The notes: generated by a model not told the origin, from the letters alone. Positions 27,419-41,601 are shown, counted from the stretch's first letter. The stretch is DNA of 64,000 nucleotides from Octopus vulgaris (GCA_951406725.2 OX597814.1:131316001-131380000), one strand, 5' to 3'. Made by a program: numbers and translations.

Positions 27419-27585
27419 CCCTTTTGTTACCGTATTTCTGCCTTTATTTCAATTACTTATAAATGTTGTGAAGAATTTAGTAATATAACTTTATAATTTT
27501 TATACTGATGTTTGGAACATCAATTAACATGAAATTTAATTTAAGAACAGAAGGGGTTATCTTTAGCAGTTTGTTATCAAAAGGG
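27419..27585. mobile_element. TTAA-flanked piggyBac-like MITE, short copy
   Basis: TTAA|CCCTTTTGTTAC ... TTATCAAAAGGG|TTAA. Confidence 0.75.
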
Positions 27586-27842
27586 TTAAAGTTACCAGAT
27601 ACCCTACTTCCTGGATCGCAAATACTGTTTCCCCATTCTGTCCCTTCTATGACTTCTACACTAACCTCTCTCTCTCTCTATGGTCTTCAAAGAAGGACAG
27701 TCTTCTGTCGGTTCCACTCAAGCCTTATTTGATGCACCTTCTTCCCAAGCCAATCACTTTAAGCAGTTCCTTCTCATGCCACATTATTACTCACCTGGAA
27801 TTCACTAACCACCTATATTTTTCCTGTGGTTGTCAACTTTGA

Positions 27843-28060
27843 AGGCGGCGAGCTGGCAGAAACGTTAACACTCGGGCAAAATGCTTAGCGGTATTTCGTC
27901 TGCTGCTACGTTCTGAGTTCAAATTCCGCCAAGGTCGACTTTGCCTTTCATCCTTTCGGGGTCGATTAAATAAGTACCAGTTACGCACGGGGGTCAATAT
28001 AAATCGACTTAATCCGTTTGTCTGTTCTTGTTTGTCTTCTCTGTGCGTAGTAAAGAAATA
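27843..28060 (+). mobile_element. SINE family B monomer
   Basis: TSD GGTTGTCAA(C/G)TTTG at 27828 and 28061. Confidence 0.9.
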
Positions 28061-28569
28061 GGTTGTCAAGTTTGCATCACTTTGAGAGGAACATCAGCTA
28101 CTATATCTTTTGGCATAGAAGTCCTATTTTTCAAACCAAAATTTATGGCCAAGAAGGAAAGTTTGATTGACTTTTACACAAAGATAACCATGGCAGACTG
28201 AAAATTCTGTGTGAAATACAGCAAAGTTTGGGGATAAAGAAAAAAAAAAAAAAAAGAAAGAAAAGGAAAACATAACAAAACAAAAGATGATGTCTGAATG
28301 TTTACACTTCAGGCATATAACTAGAATTTTGGTCATCTGCTAATTCTCTTTGCATTTTGTATTTATATTGGCTTCAGGTTTTGGCATAAGGCTAGTGATT
28401 TCAGAGGAGGGAGCAAGTCAGTTATATTGACCCTGATGCTCAACTGGCGCTTATTTTATTGACCCTGAAGGGACGAAAGGCAAAGTCATCCTTGGCAGAA
28501 TTTGAACTCAGAATGTAAAACTTTGTGTTCATATTGTTGTGTGATTGCAACTGATGAATACAGACTTAA

Positions 28570-29128
28570 CCCTTTCATCACTGTATTTATTTTGAGATGC
28601 ACTGTGTTTCTCTCAGTTGCTTTAGATATAACAAAGAATTTAATAAAATAGCTTAGTTATCATTAAGCTAGTGTTTTTTCCAAAATTTATTTATGTGCGC
28701 TTTTCAAGCCTAGTCAGGCTCATGGGCCCGGTTTCCCGGTTTCTGTGGTGTATGTGTTCCCCACAGCTGGACGGGATACCAGTCCATTGCAGCATTACTC
28801 AAGAAACAGAAAGAAAGAGTGAGAGAAAGTTGGGGGCGAAAGAGTACAACAGGGGTCGCCACCCCCCCTTGCTGGAGCCTCGTGGAGCTTTAGGTGTTTT
28901 CACTCAATAAACACACACAACGCCCGATCTGGGACTCGAAACCGCGATCCTCCGACCGCAAGTCCGCTGCCCTAACCACTGGGCCATTACGCCTCCACAT
29001 TAAGCTAGTGTTAGGAACATTAATTTTGACTAAGGTTTGGTGGAAGATTTTAATTCAGAACTTATGAAAACAAGACATTTGTACTACAGAGCCAGAGCTG
29101 GTTTCAGCCAGGTTTGGTAACGAAAGGG
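28570..29128. mobile_element. TTAA-flanked piggyBac-like MITE interrupted by a SINE
   Basis: TTAA|CCCTTTC ... GAAAGGG|TTAA; homologous to 31381-31601. Confidence 0.88.
28676..28997 (-). mobile_element. SINE family C variant with tRNA-like head
   Basis: Head GTGGAGGCGTAATGGCCCAGTGGTTAGGGCAGCGGAC..GGTTTCGAGTCC; 15-bp TSD CATTAAGCTAGTGTT at 28661 and 28998. Confidence 0.88.
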
Positions 29129-29957
29129 TTAATGATATTTTTTTTCTTTACAAAAAAATCTACCTTGACTTGTTTACTACATTGATCTGCATGGCAGAAA
29201 ATATGGTATGTAAATAAGATTACCATATTTGGCTCCCAGAGGGTCTCTCAGACTGCTGGAAATAACAAATGTAACCTTTGCTCCTGTCTTAACTATTTAA
29301 AAACAAAAACAACAAAAAAAAGAATATCATATTCCATGAACTCTTGTGATTCAGATTAGTGGTTATCTTTAACTTGGTTCAGTCATTAGACTGTGGCTAT
29401 GCCGGGGTATTGCCTTGAAGAATTTTTAGTTAAATGAATTGACCCCAGTATTTATTTTGCTATGAGCCTAGTACTTATTTTATCAACCTCTAAGCTACAC
29501 GGATGTAAACACACTAACACAGGTTGTCAATCTGTGGTGAGGAACAAACGCAGACTCGCACACAAGTACACACACACACGTACACACAACAGGTTTCTGT
29601 CTACCAAATCCACTCACATGGCTTTAGTTAGCCTGGGGCTATAGAAGAATACACTTACCCAAGATGCCATACAGTGAGACTGAACCCAGGACCATGTGGT
29701 TGGAAAGCAGACTTCTTACCACACAGCCATGCCTGATTTTTTTTAATGTTTATTTTCACACGTTTTCCCATGCTGGCATAGTTGAGATAAATATATTATT
29801 AATATAAATATATATAAATATATTATTAAAGCCTTATTTTACAGCTGGATGCTTTTCCTGTTGCTAACCCTTACCTGTTTCAAGTTAGGGATTTCTTATT
29901 CCCAAATGTGGGAAATAACAAAAATGTCACAACTTGTAAACACACAAATATGTACAT

Positions 29958-30226
29958 CACATGATCACGTGACCGACCAGTCCATCAGATGTAGTTACAC
30001 ATCGCTGGTCACAATGCGTTCACATTGTTTTAGCCTTCGAATGACGCCACCCCGCTGGCTAAGCGAGCAGGCCAACAGACGAAAGAGTGAGAGAGAGAGT
30101 GGTGAATAGAGTACAGCAGAGATCACCACCCCCTGCCGGAGCGTCATGGAGCTTTTTTAGGTGTTTTCGCTCAATAAACACACACAACGCAAGTCCGCTG
30201 CCCTAACCACTGGGCCATTGCGCCTC
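29958..30226 (-). mobile_element. SINE family C variant with a different 3' region
   Basis: Same head as 28676-28997; TSD CAAATATGTACAT at 29945 and 30227. Confidence 0.85.
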
Positions 30227-30882
30227 CAAATATGTACATACACACATGTAGATATGATGGACTTCTTTCCATTTCTGTCATCCAGCTTCACTCATAAGGA
30301 TTTGGTTGGCTCTAGGGCTACAGTAGAAAATACTTGCCAAAAGTGCTGCTGTGTAAGATTGAACTCGGAACCGTGTGGTTGGGAATCAGTTGTTTTAACT
30401 GCACAACCATGCCATTTACAAAAAACGATTTCTTTCTTTCTTTTCTTTTTTGTTTGTTTTTGTCAGCATCTATTTTCTTGTGTTAGTTTAAAAACCTGAT
30501 AAGACTCCGGAACATGGAATTGTATTGCACAGGAAATTATTGTAGTTAATAAATAACATTTCAGTAATGTAATAAACTTGATAGCAGGGGAGTTGGGTTT
30601 GAGGAGAGAGAGAGAATATTTATAAATAACTTCATTTTTTTCCCCGCTTTTGTATATTTTCTGTTAAATTATGTCAGTTGTTATTATTGTGTCCAAGTCT
30701 ATGACCATAGGCATTCCAGCTATTACCATTTAATCTTTTTGTACATCTAGGACTACTTTGTTTTTAAGATAACAAGTTGTGATGTTAAAGATGTTTGGCT
30801 GCTATTTCTAGCGGCCACATAGATTTTCCTTGTTGTCTGATGCATAAGTATGTGGAAGGGCTGAATAGAAACAGTATAAGAC

Positions 30883-31231
30883 CAGTGGCTCTCAACCAGT
30901 GTCCATATGGCATCTGAGGGTTCATATAAGATTTTTGGGGGTCCACACAGCAAAATAGTAAATTGAGGATCCCCAATAGTATTTTAAGGGCCCTCGAAAA
31001 ATTTTTGCTTTAGATGTATGTATTGGTATGTATTGCAAGAAACAACAGCTAAGTTTCTTTAACATTTAACATGGTTCAACCTATACAAATTAATGTATGA
31101 AATACAGAATAAGAATTTTGAAAGAAGATTCTATAAAACTAATTTTTAAACATCGAATGGCTATGGGGTTTCACCAGAATAAAATAGTAATCGAAGGGGT
31201 CTATGTATAAAAAAATGGTTGTGAACCCCTG
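30883..31231. mobile_element. hAT (Charlie-like) MITE
   Basis: TIRs CAGTGGCTCTCAACCA / TGGTTGTGAACCCCTG; 8-bp TSD TATAAGAC / TATTAGAC. Confidence 0.85.
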
Positions 31232-31380
31232 TATTAGACTATCTTCAGCTTCTGTAAAGGTTGCGAGTTAAGATGTAGTACACTCATTTCATTTTATTTC
31301 TTAACAATAATCTCAGTTCATTCATTTAGTGACTTACAAAACCATTTTCTCATCTTCAGAATTGTCAAAGCATGAATTAA

Positions 31381-31601
31381 CCCTTTCGTGACTGTATTTA
31401 TTTTGAGATGCTCTGTGTTTCTTTCAATTAATTTTAAATATAACAAAGAATTTAGTAAACTAACTTAGTTATCATTCAGCTAGTCTTAGGAACATAAATT
31501 GTGACTAAGATTTGGTGGAAGATTTTAATTCAGAACTTTTGAAAACAAGACATTTGTACTCAGAGCCAGAGCCGGTTTCAGCTGGGTTGGTAATGATGGG
31601 G
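31381..31601. mobile_element. TTAA-flanked piggyBac-like MITE
   Basis: TTAA|CCCTTTCG ... GGG|TTAA; five homologs in the window. Confidence 0.88.
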
Positions 31602-31765
31602 TTAACTATCCATGTTGGTTGTTAGCTGTCAAGACATAGCATCCTTCAAAATTTCCATACTTCCTGAAATTCACCAACTTTACTCCTTATGCACCTATGT
31701 ACCTTCTTCCTCTTTGTGGCTATTTTAATGATCACTTTTCTCTCTTTTTCGTGTTTTATACTGTA

Positions 31766-32303
31766 CTAGCAGAAATACCCGTCATTGACTGGATTCAGAA
31801 AGAGTCTTCAAAAATTATACCCTGATTTATGAAAGTTACTGTTTCGATATTACTGAATGTTTTGTAGCGGATTATCTGCAAGCTCTTATTGCTAGGTTTC
31901 GGCCTCAAAAGTTATAATATTTTACTAATGGGTCTACTGATGGTCAGTCTCTTCAGCTCTTTCTCTTTTCCTATGCTGCGATTGCTTAGGTAGTTCAAAT
32001 CTAATTTTTTTTTCGGAGGCATTGTTGTAGGGTGAATTAATCTATAAATCAGGGGACTCAACTCATGTTAGCAAACTTACGGATTTCACCGATGTGAAAA
32101 TAGGTAAAAGATATGGTTGAAAAGCTATTTTTACCATTATCCGGAGGTACCATGGGAAAAATAAGTTGGCAAACGCAAAGCCATGGTCGTGATTAATCTC
32201 CTCCTAAAATTGGAGCGACATGCATGCAAATTTGTGGACGTGCATAAAGTACATTCATGTACACACACACACACACACACATCCTGCCTTTTATAGATAT
32301 AGA
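31766..32303 (-). mobile_element. Non-autonomous Helitron
   Basis: Minus strand A|TCTATATCTATAAAA..(TG)n ... degenerate hairpin, CTGCTAG|T. Confidence 0.75.
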
Positions 32304-32399
32304 TACTATACATGTACTTTTCGTCATCATTATTGTCTTTTTTAAAAGTTTATTCCTGCTTTCTGTCTCCTCTTTTCCCCTTTTTCAATGAGATGTAGT

Positions 32400-32680
32400 G
32401 TACCTAAGCACTTAACATGCCAAGCAAAATGCTTAGTGGCATTTCATCCATCTTTACATTATGAGTTCTAATTTTGCCGAGGTTGACTTTGCCTTTCATC
32501 CTTTCAGGGTTGATAAATTAAGTACCAGTGAAACACTGGGGTCAATGCAATCGACTAGTCTCCTTCCCCCAAATTTCAGGGTTCAGTCCCGCTGTGTGGC
32601 ACCTTGGGCAAGTGTCTTTTACTATAGCCTTGAGCTTGTGAGTGGATTTGGTAGATGGAAACTGAAAGAAGCCTGTCGAA

Positions 32681-32725
<45 letters not shown>

Positions 32726-32930
32726 ATGTTTGTGTGTCTGTTTTTGTCCCCCAACATCACTTGACAACCGATGCTGGTGTGGTTATGTCCCCGTAACTTA
32801 GCGGTTCGGCAAAAGAGGCCGATAGAATAAGTACTAGGCTTACAAAGAATAAGTCCTGGGGTCGATTTACTTGACTAAAGGTAGTGCTCCAGCATGTCTA
32901 CAGTCAAATGACTGAAACAAGTAAAAGAGT
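32400..32930 (+). mobile_element. Old SINE B (32400-32580) joined to 5'-truncated SINE A (32581-32930)
   Basis: Both bodies recognisable; junction at CAGG|GTTCAGTCCC. Confidence 0.8.
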
Positions 32931-34747
32931 ACATAAAAGAAATTCTTATTCCATTCAATCTGGTAGATTGTCAGAATTATGAGTTACTGGATCAGTATTC
33001 AAAAGTACCTTGTGGTAATTAGTTACACCGTTATTGCAAGGAAGGGTGGGCAGTTGGATAAAATAGGTACCAGTAAAGAACTGGAGTCAATTTAATTAAT
33101 TGACTGTCATTGTGGAAATGAGCTTATATTGGGAATCCCTAATTAATTATTCTATTCATTATTCATGTTGTGATTTATCATCATTATCATCATATAATAT
33201 TTATCTTCCATGCTGGCATACTTTAGATGGTTTGATAGAGTCTGATGTTGAGGCACTGTATCTTGCACCAACATCTCTTTGGTTTCTATGACTCAGTTGT
33301 ATGGCATAATTTCTATGATTCCAGTGTTATAGTTTCTAGGACTAATGTTATCCACTTTACAGTATACTGTTTTTTGGGATTATTTTTTACAGTACAAACA
33401 CCACTGATAATCACCTCAATCCTTATAAGGCTATGGGTTTTTTAAGTGGCCCCTATGGACATAATAAAGCCAGTTAGCATTTAGATTGAAATATGAAAGG
33501 ATTACATCTTAGCATTTCACAATAATATTATCTCGTGTAAATTAAACTTTTTCTTTCTTTCATATTTTTTTTTGTTTTTCTAGAAATAAGACTCAGTGTC
33601 ACAGAATTCTTTCTGTTGAGGTTTACATCATTTTCCCCTTCTTCTTTTACATTAATTTCTTTTTTTTGTTTACCTTTTGTGCTTAGATTATTGCGGTAGA
33701 CATCCAGTCTTTTTGGTACTTCTAGGACTACCAGTGTGTGTGTGTGTTTGTGCTTCTCTTTTGAAAGATAAAGTATGGTTTGAGGGAATTTAGTTTGTTG
33801 TTTTATGTAGGTTGTGTGATTGCATAAAGTTTCCTTTGTTGGTTTGTCCTTGTTTTAAATAGGATGATTGATGAAAACCAGCGTCTGAATTGTATTTAAT
33901 TTTATTGAACCCAGAGGAATGAAAAGTAAAGTCAGTTGATCTCAGCAAGATTTGAATTCAGAACATAAACATAATGATAATTGGTTTCTGATTTAGGCTC
34001 AAGGCCTAATACCATCAACCTAATACTTGACTGGTTCTTTATTGAACCCCAGGAGGTAAAGTTGGCCTTGACAGTGTTTGAATTCAGAACATTAAGAGCT
34101 GAAAGAAATGCTGCTAGGCATTTCTGATGCTCTAATGATTCTGTCAGCTAGATACATTATTGGTGCATTCTTCTGTTTTTTGCCAATAATAACATTATTC
34201 ATGTAATAATAGTAGTAGTACTGACAACAACATCAACAGCAACAATAAGAACAACAACAACAACAACTATAATAATAATTTACATTGGCACAAGGCCAAA
34301 TTTTGAGCAGGGAGTGTAGTTTACTTAATCAATATGACTACTTGACAGGTAGTTATTTTATTTTGTCCATCCCAAAGAGATAAGTCGATTCCAGGAGGAG
34401 TTGAACTCAAAGTATAAAGGGGTGCAATTAGATACTTCAAAGTCACTTTGATTCTTCCACATTTTGCTCCAACTAACAGATTTTGACCCATTGGCACCAG
34501 GCCACAGATTTCGGCGGAAAGTGTAACCAATCTAATCAACCTTAGCTAGAATACATAAAATGTTATTGAGCTCTGGAGGGATAAAAGGCAACGTCGGTCT
34601 CAGTGGGATTTCAATTCAAAATGTAGACAGATGCTGGTGAACCTGCACATTATTTTGTTGGTTGCTCTACTGATTCTGTCATTCACTGCTCTCAATAATA
34701 ATGATTTCTAAAATAATTATAAGAACAATGACTCAAATATTGATATA

Positions 34748-35091
34748 GTTCAGTCCCACTGCGTGGCACCTTGGGCAAGTGTCTTCTGCTATAGCCTCGG
34801 GCCGACCAAAGCCTTGTGAATGGATTTGGTCAACGGAAACTGAAAGAAGCCAATCGTATGTATATATATATATATATGTTTGTGTGTCTGTGTTTGTCCG
34901 CCCCACATTGCTTGACACCGATGGTCGTGTGTTTATGTCCCTTACTAGGCTTACATTGTGTTTGGTCCATTGCCCTAATGATTCTGCCATCCTCAGTGAA
35001 GTTTGAACTCAGAATATAAAAACCCAGAAGAATGTCCCTGTAACTTAGTGGTTCGGCAAAAGAGACTGATAGAATAAGTACTAGGCTTACA
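34748..35091 (+). mobile_element. SINE family A fragment with an internal templated insertion
   Basis: Family A body; 34943-35036 duplicates 35079-35173. Confidence 0.8.
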
Positions 35092-35415
35092 GTGTGTTTG
35101 ATCCATTGCCCTAATGATTCTGCCATCCACAGTGAAGTTTGAACTCAGAATATAAAAACCCAGAAGAAATGTCTTTTGTCTGGTGTGCTGACAGTTCTGT
35201 ATTTTTAATGCTACAAGCATGTGAGAGAAAGGCTTTTGCTAATTTAGTTGAATCCAGTATTTTATTGCATCAGTCTCATGGGAGAAGAGAACAAAATCAA
35301 TTCTGATGTGATTCAGACAGAGCAAAGAAAAAAAAAAAAAAGATGGACATGATTAAATACTGCAGGGTACTTTAGCCAAGCACATTGTTGGAAACCCTTT
35401 TTGATTCTCTTTTAA

Positions 35416-36052
35416 CCCTTTCGTTACCGTATTTATTTTGAGATGCTCTCTCTCTCTCTCTTTACGCTTTTACTTGTTTCAGTCATCTGATGGTGGCCAT
35501 GCTGGAGCACCACTTTTATAGTTGAGCAAATCAACTCCAGAGCTTATTCTTTGTAAGCCTAGTACTTGTTCTATCGGCCTCTTTTGTCAAACTGCTAAGT
35601 TACGGAGACGTAAACACACCAGCATAGGTTGCCAAGCGATGCTGGGGGAGAAAAACAAACACATGAACATACACACACACATGCATGCATATATATATAT
35701 AACGGCTTCTTCCTGTTTCTATCTACCAAATCCACTCACAAGGCTTTGGTCTGCCCGAGGCTATAGTAGAAGACACTTGCCCAAGGTGCCACACAGTGGG
35801 ACTGAACCCAGGACCATGTAATTGGTAAGCATGCTACTTACCATGCAGCCACTCCTGTGCCTGTGCACTGTGTTTCTTTCAGTTAATTTTAAATACAACA
35901 AAGAATTTAGTAAAATAACTTAGTTATCATTAAGCTAGTGTTAGGAACATAAATTGTGACTAAGGTTTGGTGGAAGATTTTAATTCAAAACTTATGATAG
36001 CAAAACATTTTGTATGCCAGAACCAGTTTCGGCCGGGTTGGTATCAAAAGGG
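35416..36052. mobile_element. TTAA MITE interrupted by SINE A (35461-35862, minus)
   Basis: TTAA|CCCTTTCGTTAC ... GTATCAAAAGGG|TTAT. Confidence 0.85.
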
Positions 36053-36430
36053 TTATTTAATGGCACCATCAAAATGTATCCAATACACTTCATAAAGTGG
36101 TTGGTCAAGGAGGCATAGAGTTGAGAGGACTCCTGAGTCTTAAATTTCAAATGTTAAGGTTGTGATGAACTCTGTTGCGCTGGTACCAAAATGAAAATGC
36201 ACTGACTACACTCTGTAAAGTGGTTGGTGAATAAGCAAAAATGCCATATAGGAGGGAGTGCCTGTTAGTCTTGTTTTGTCAAGAATGTGGCACTGGTGCC
36301 ATGATAAAATGCACCCAGCACTGTTGTGTGTGTGTGTGTGTCAATAGTCTTATAGTTTTGGTCTACCAAATTCAATGACACTACTTTGGTCAGTCTGGGG
36401 TTTATAATAAAAGACACTTTTATTATTATA

Positions 36431-36660
36431 GTGGTGAGCTGGCAGAATCGTTAGCACGCCGGGCGAAATGCGTAGCCGTATTTCGTCTGCCGTAACGTTC
36501 TGGGTTCAAATTCTGCCGAGGTCGACTTTGCCTCTCATCCTTTCAGGGTCAATAAATTAAGTACCAGTTACACACTGGGGTCGATGTAATCGACTTAATC
36601 CGTTTGTCTGTCCTTGTTTGCCCCCTCTGTGTTTAGCCCCTTGTGGGTAGTAAAGAAATA
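36431..36660 (+). mobile_element. SINE family B monomer
   Basis: Full head to GTAAAGAAATA tail, nested in an old family A remnant. Confidence 0.88.
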
Positions 36661-37677
36661 TATAATAAAAGACACTTGTCCAAGATGCCTTGCAGTGGCA
36701 TTGAACCCAAAACCATTTGGTTGGGAAGTGAACAGCCAATTACACATTAGCTATTACTGGAGAGGAGTGGTGAAATTTATTTTGCATCTCTGGTGACAAA
36801 TACAAAATTGGTTGTGCTGTTTGACTGACTGAGCTGATCTCTAATCAAAGGCATTCCAGTTATGACCATTGCAAATTACTTTTTTTTTTTATATATTAGA
36901 ACAATATTTTCCAATACGTCCTTCCATCTCATTACCAAGTTGATTTAGCTGTTATCTTAAGCAAGATGAATGACACTATAGAAGTTCATCTATTGGCCCC
37001 ATCATCATCAGAAGTAGTATATGTCCCTTCTAAATCTCACAGGCCCATTGCAGTGATTTCTCTTTAATTAGTATGGAGGAAGTTTTAGTAATCAAGTTCA
37101 ACGAAAATCACGACCCTGCACCCACACTCTCATTTTTTAATTTTCCGCTTTCTTTTTTTTTTAATTATCCACCCTCCTCCTGCGTTGAAGATAAATAGGT
37201 CAAATATTTTAATTACTTCTCTTTGGGATTTGGATGTAGGTCAACAACATTGAATTGATGCGTTGATAATCTGCTGCATGTGATGACTATCATAAAGGAA
37301 TTGGAGTTCTTTACTGATCTTTATCCTTGACAGTTTAATAGGTTTTTGTTTTTCTTCCCACTTTTTTTTTATAGACCCATTTACACAAACACAATACATA
37401 CACACCAAAAAATATAATAAATATATTTATGCATTCATGCATACATATATTCACACATATTTATGTGTGTATGTGTGAATCTCTGACAGTACAAGGTCAT
37501 GGAAGCCAGTAAAGCACAATGAATTAAAATATAAACAAGTTTTTTTTTGTTTTCTCTTTCCCTTAGTCTCTCCTTGATATTTGGAAAATCAGCCAATGAA
37601 TTTGCCGCTTAGAGTTTTATCATTTACTTGTTTCAGTCATTGGACTGCAGCCATGTTGGAGCCTTCCTTTGACAGGT

Positions 37678-37679
<2 letters not shown>

Positions 37680-37709
<30 letters not shown>

Positions 37710-38030
37710 TTAGCGTCCGTTTTCCATGCTAGCATGGGTTGGACGGTTTTGCCGGGGTCTGGTAAGCCATGGAGGCTGCACCAGGCTCCAGTCTGATTTG
37801 GCAGTGTTTCTACAGCTGGATGCCCTTCCTAACGCCAACACTCCGTGAGTGTAGTGGGTGCTTTTTACGTGCCACCAGCACAGGGGCCAGTGGAAGGTGG
37901 CAAACGGCCACAATCGGTTGGTGCTTTTATGTGTCACTGACACGGACACCAGTCAGGCGGCGCTGGCATCTTCCACATTCGGACGGTGCTTTTTACGTGT
38001 CACCAGCACGGGTGTCTTAAACTACAATTT
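37680..38030 (-). mobile_element. SINE family D with (GAT)n tail
   Basis: Minus strand AGGAAGGGCATCCAGCTGTAGAAAC..CCCATGCTAGCATGGAAAACGGACG(ATG)n; homologs at 41602, 47440 and 59595. Confidence 0.8.
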
Positions 38031-39177
38031 CCATTTAATTGTACGAATTCACCCCTCTACTTATTTATGTCTGGTCCTCTTTCTATCAATATCTTTTGAC
38101 AAACCACTAAGTTATGGGGGTGGGGGCGGTGTAAACAAACCAACAACACAGATACAAATTTTGTTTATTCCGCTAAACAAACCTATTATTTTATAAAATA
38201 TAATTATTCTGAAAATCTTTATTGAAAAAAAACCCCAAAAAACAAACAAAACTAACTAATAAGGGTGGAGTTTTTGGATAAAAATTTTCATCATAAACTA
38301 AAAAAAAAAAAAAAATTTCTTGCTATTGCGAAAAAATATTTCTTTGGATTTCTCTGCTTTAAGCAGAAATGTAATTACTTTAACCAAATAATTACATGTT
38401 TTAGATGAAGAAATGTAAAGAAGTGTTTCGAAAATTTGAAATTAATTGAAAAGACCAGCTTTAAATAACATTAATTCAACAAAAACATTTTTTTCATTGT
38501 GGTTCAGTAAAATTATTTTTTTCTTCCTCATGTTATGCTTTTTCACCAAGCTGCAAGTTCCTCACAACTACTCTATTTGGTAAATAGTTTGACCTGCTAG
38601 AAATGATAACGAAATCACCATCAAATCACACCTCAACTTCTTAAAGAAAAAAAAAAAATGAAAATACATGTTAACGATGTAGTTTTAAAAATACCCAGGT
38701 AGTTGAGTGGTTAAAAAGAGAGTCCAGTCCCACTGTGTGGCACCTTGGGCAAGTGTCTTTGCGTAGAAGTCTTTTGTCTATATATGTGCATTTGTGTTTG
38801 TCCCCTATCACTACTTTATAACTAGCACTGGTTTGTTTACATCCCTATGACATAGCAGTTCAGCAGAAGAGACCAATAAAATAAGTACCAGACTTTAAAA
38901 ATAAGTGCTAAGATTAATTTGTTTGACTAAAGCCTTCAAAGCTGTACCCCTGCATGGCTGCAGTCCAATGGCTGAAACTAGTAAAGGATAAAAGGTGAAA
39001 AATATTTAGGGTCCACCAAGGGTGCCTCTACATGGTGATTTAGTTTGCTAGAAACAACAACCAAATCTCTTTTAGATCATATTTTGCTGGTTTGGAAAAT
39101 GAAAGTACACATTAAATGATGTGGTTGTAGGTATTGAAAAGAAATGCAGGGTGGTCATGGCTGGAATGCCGTTAATC

Positions 39178-39380
39178 AGCTGGCAGAAACATTAGCACAC
39201 CGGACAAAATGCTTGGCAGTATTTCGTCTGTCTTTACGTTCTGAGTTCAAATTCCGCCGAGGTCAACTTTACCTTTCATCCTTTTGGGGTTGTTAAATTA
39301 AGTATACCAGTTATGCACTGGGGGTCGATGTAATCGACTTAATCCGTTTGTCTGTCCTTGTGGGCAATAAAGAAATAAGA
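39178..39380 (+). mobile_element. SINE family B
   Basis: Family B body, nested in an older dispersed repeat. Confidence 0.85.
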
Positions 39381-40639
39381 GGTCTGTTTGATGAAGGTTG
39401 ACTTGGAGCTTTAACAACAGTAACAACTCAGCTGTTGGAAATAAGCACCTAGCCATCTTTTAGTCATATGGGAATGTCACATGTAACAGCCTGGTGTCCT
39501 TTCCAGGGAATGAATTATTTCTCATCCATTTGATGCCATAAGGCTGGATGGAGCTAAGCCAAGATAAGGACTGAGATCTAAGGTTTCAAATTAGATGTAT
39601 GTTGATTTGAAATAAGCTGAATGACTACCAACCTAAGTTCATGAGGACTTGAATTCATATTCATTGCATATGTTGTTTAGAGCTACAGCAACTCTGAGCA
39701 GACCTGTGATCAAAGGCAATCCAGCTGTGACCATTCCACTTTTTAGTGCTGTCTTCAAAGACTGTAGCAAGAGTGTGCACTGCTTGGGGTAGCCTTTGAG
39801 TTGTCTTCCCCCACTAGGACCTCAAAGCCTATACAGCATATTCAAGATTGTTGTCCCTATAAAAAGCAGCAATCCCTAGTAAAATGTGATTTGATGGAGA
39901 TTTGGCTGCTATTTCGAGTAGGTCATGCAAGGTCTCATATTAGGTCAAGGTCATTAGAAAGAAATTGGTTTGCATTTTTAGTTCTGATTCCAGCCTGTCA
40001 GTTGTGGTCATGCTGGAGCACCATGTTTTAGACTTCTTTTGGTGCTTAGTAAATAAGAGAATTCGCTCCCAGACTATTGGTGGAGTTGGTACACAAAAAC
40101 CTTTGTCTCCAGCACTTCTGTTTGTAATTAAACTTATCATTTACTTCTTATATCAGTTATGAACATGTACAGCATACATACTGATGTGAATCAGATTACT
40201 TTTAGTACCCAAAGCTGTTAGAGTTTAGGTTTAAAGGTTACAGCTCTGTTGTTGAAGCTTTTTTTGCTTTTAGCTGTTATAAGAGAAATCTTAGGAAAAG
40301 AAAAAAAAAGAGCTATATTTATTAAAAGGTTATAAAATAATAGGATATAAAAGAAATGAACTATAAAAATACTGTTGAAGAACATATTTGTGCACCAGTT
40401 TCAAAAATCTATAAAATACTTCAAAGTTAAAATTTCAAGTCTGAACTCTTAAAGTAACTTAACCATTTTATAAGAAATAAACTCATTTAGATGCATAAAC
40501 CCTTCTTTTGCTTGATTAGAGCATTGCTTGGATGTAAATTTTAAGTAAATGTAACATGGAAGATTATATTTTATATTGTAAAAAGATTGGAAAGTTAATC
40601 TCTACAACATTTTTAATATTTCTTAAATATTCTAAAATA

Positions 40640-40963
40640 GGCGTAGAAGTGGCTGTGTGGTAAGTAGCTTGCTTACGAACCACATGGTTCCGGGTTCAGT
40701 CCCACTGCGTGGCACCTTGGACAAGAGTCTTATACTATAGCCTTGGGTCGACCAAAGCTTTGTGAATGGATTTGGTAGACGGAAACTGAAAGAAGCCCGT
40801 CGTCATCTGCCTTTAGTTGAAGAAATCGACACTAGGACTTATTCTTTGTAAGCCTAGTACTTATTCTATCGGTCTTTTACCGAACCGCTAAGTTACGGGG
40901 ATGTAAACACACCAGCATCGGTTGTCAAGTGATGTTTGGGGACAAGCACAGACACAAAAACAT

Positions 40964-41000
<37 letters not shown>

Positions 41001-41158
41001 CGACAGGCTTCTTTCAGTTTCCATCTACTAAATCCACTCAAGGCTTTGGTCAGCCCGAGGCTATAGTAGAAAACACTTGCCCAAGGTGCAACGCAGTGGG
41101 ACTGAACCCAGAACCATGTGTTTGGTAAGCAAGCTACTTACCACACAGCCACTCCTGT
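40640..41158. mobile_element. SINE A 5' part (+, 40640-40803) fused to an inverted SINE A (-, 40805-41158)
   Basis: Both match family A in opposite orientation. Confidence 0.85.
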
Positions 41159-41601
41159 GACTATAGGAAAATATATATTTGACAATACCATAAAAAATTT
41201 TTTATTTCTGTCTGCTTAAATTCTTATTTCTAATAACTAACAAAGGTTTCTTATACTATTTGGTTTCACTCTTTAGCATTTAAACTGGCCATATCAGGAG
41301 CCAAATATTCTTCGTGGTTTATGATTGAACTGGCCAGATTTGGCCTATCACACCTACTCAACAATATCATTCTAAAATAAACAGACCTCATTCAAATCTC
41401 AAAACTGAGGTCATGCATGATTAATTAAAAAAATGTGAATAAGTAAGCATTACATTTGACACAATGATCCGAATGTTAAAGAGTTCAGGCTTAACACCTC
41501 CAGTGACATAGATAGGCATGGCTACACGGACAGTTGCCCTGGGTGAAAATTCTTAGCAGCACAAAATTTCAAAAGGCAAAGGAAAAAATAGTAATAATAA
41601 T

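Noticed and set aside
28925-28997. tRNA gene
   Set aside because: The tRNA-like head runs into a SINE body inside a TSD; I cannot see a complete acceptor stem.
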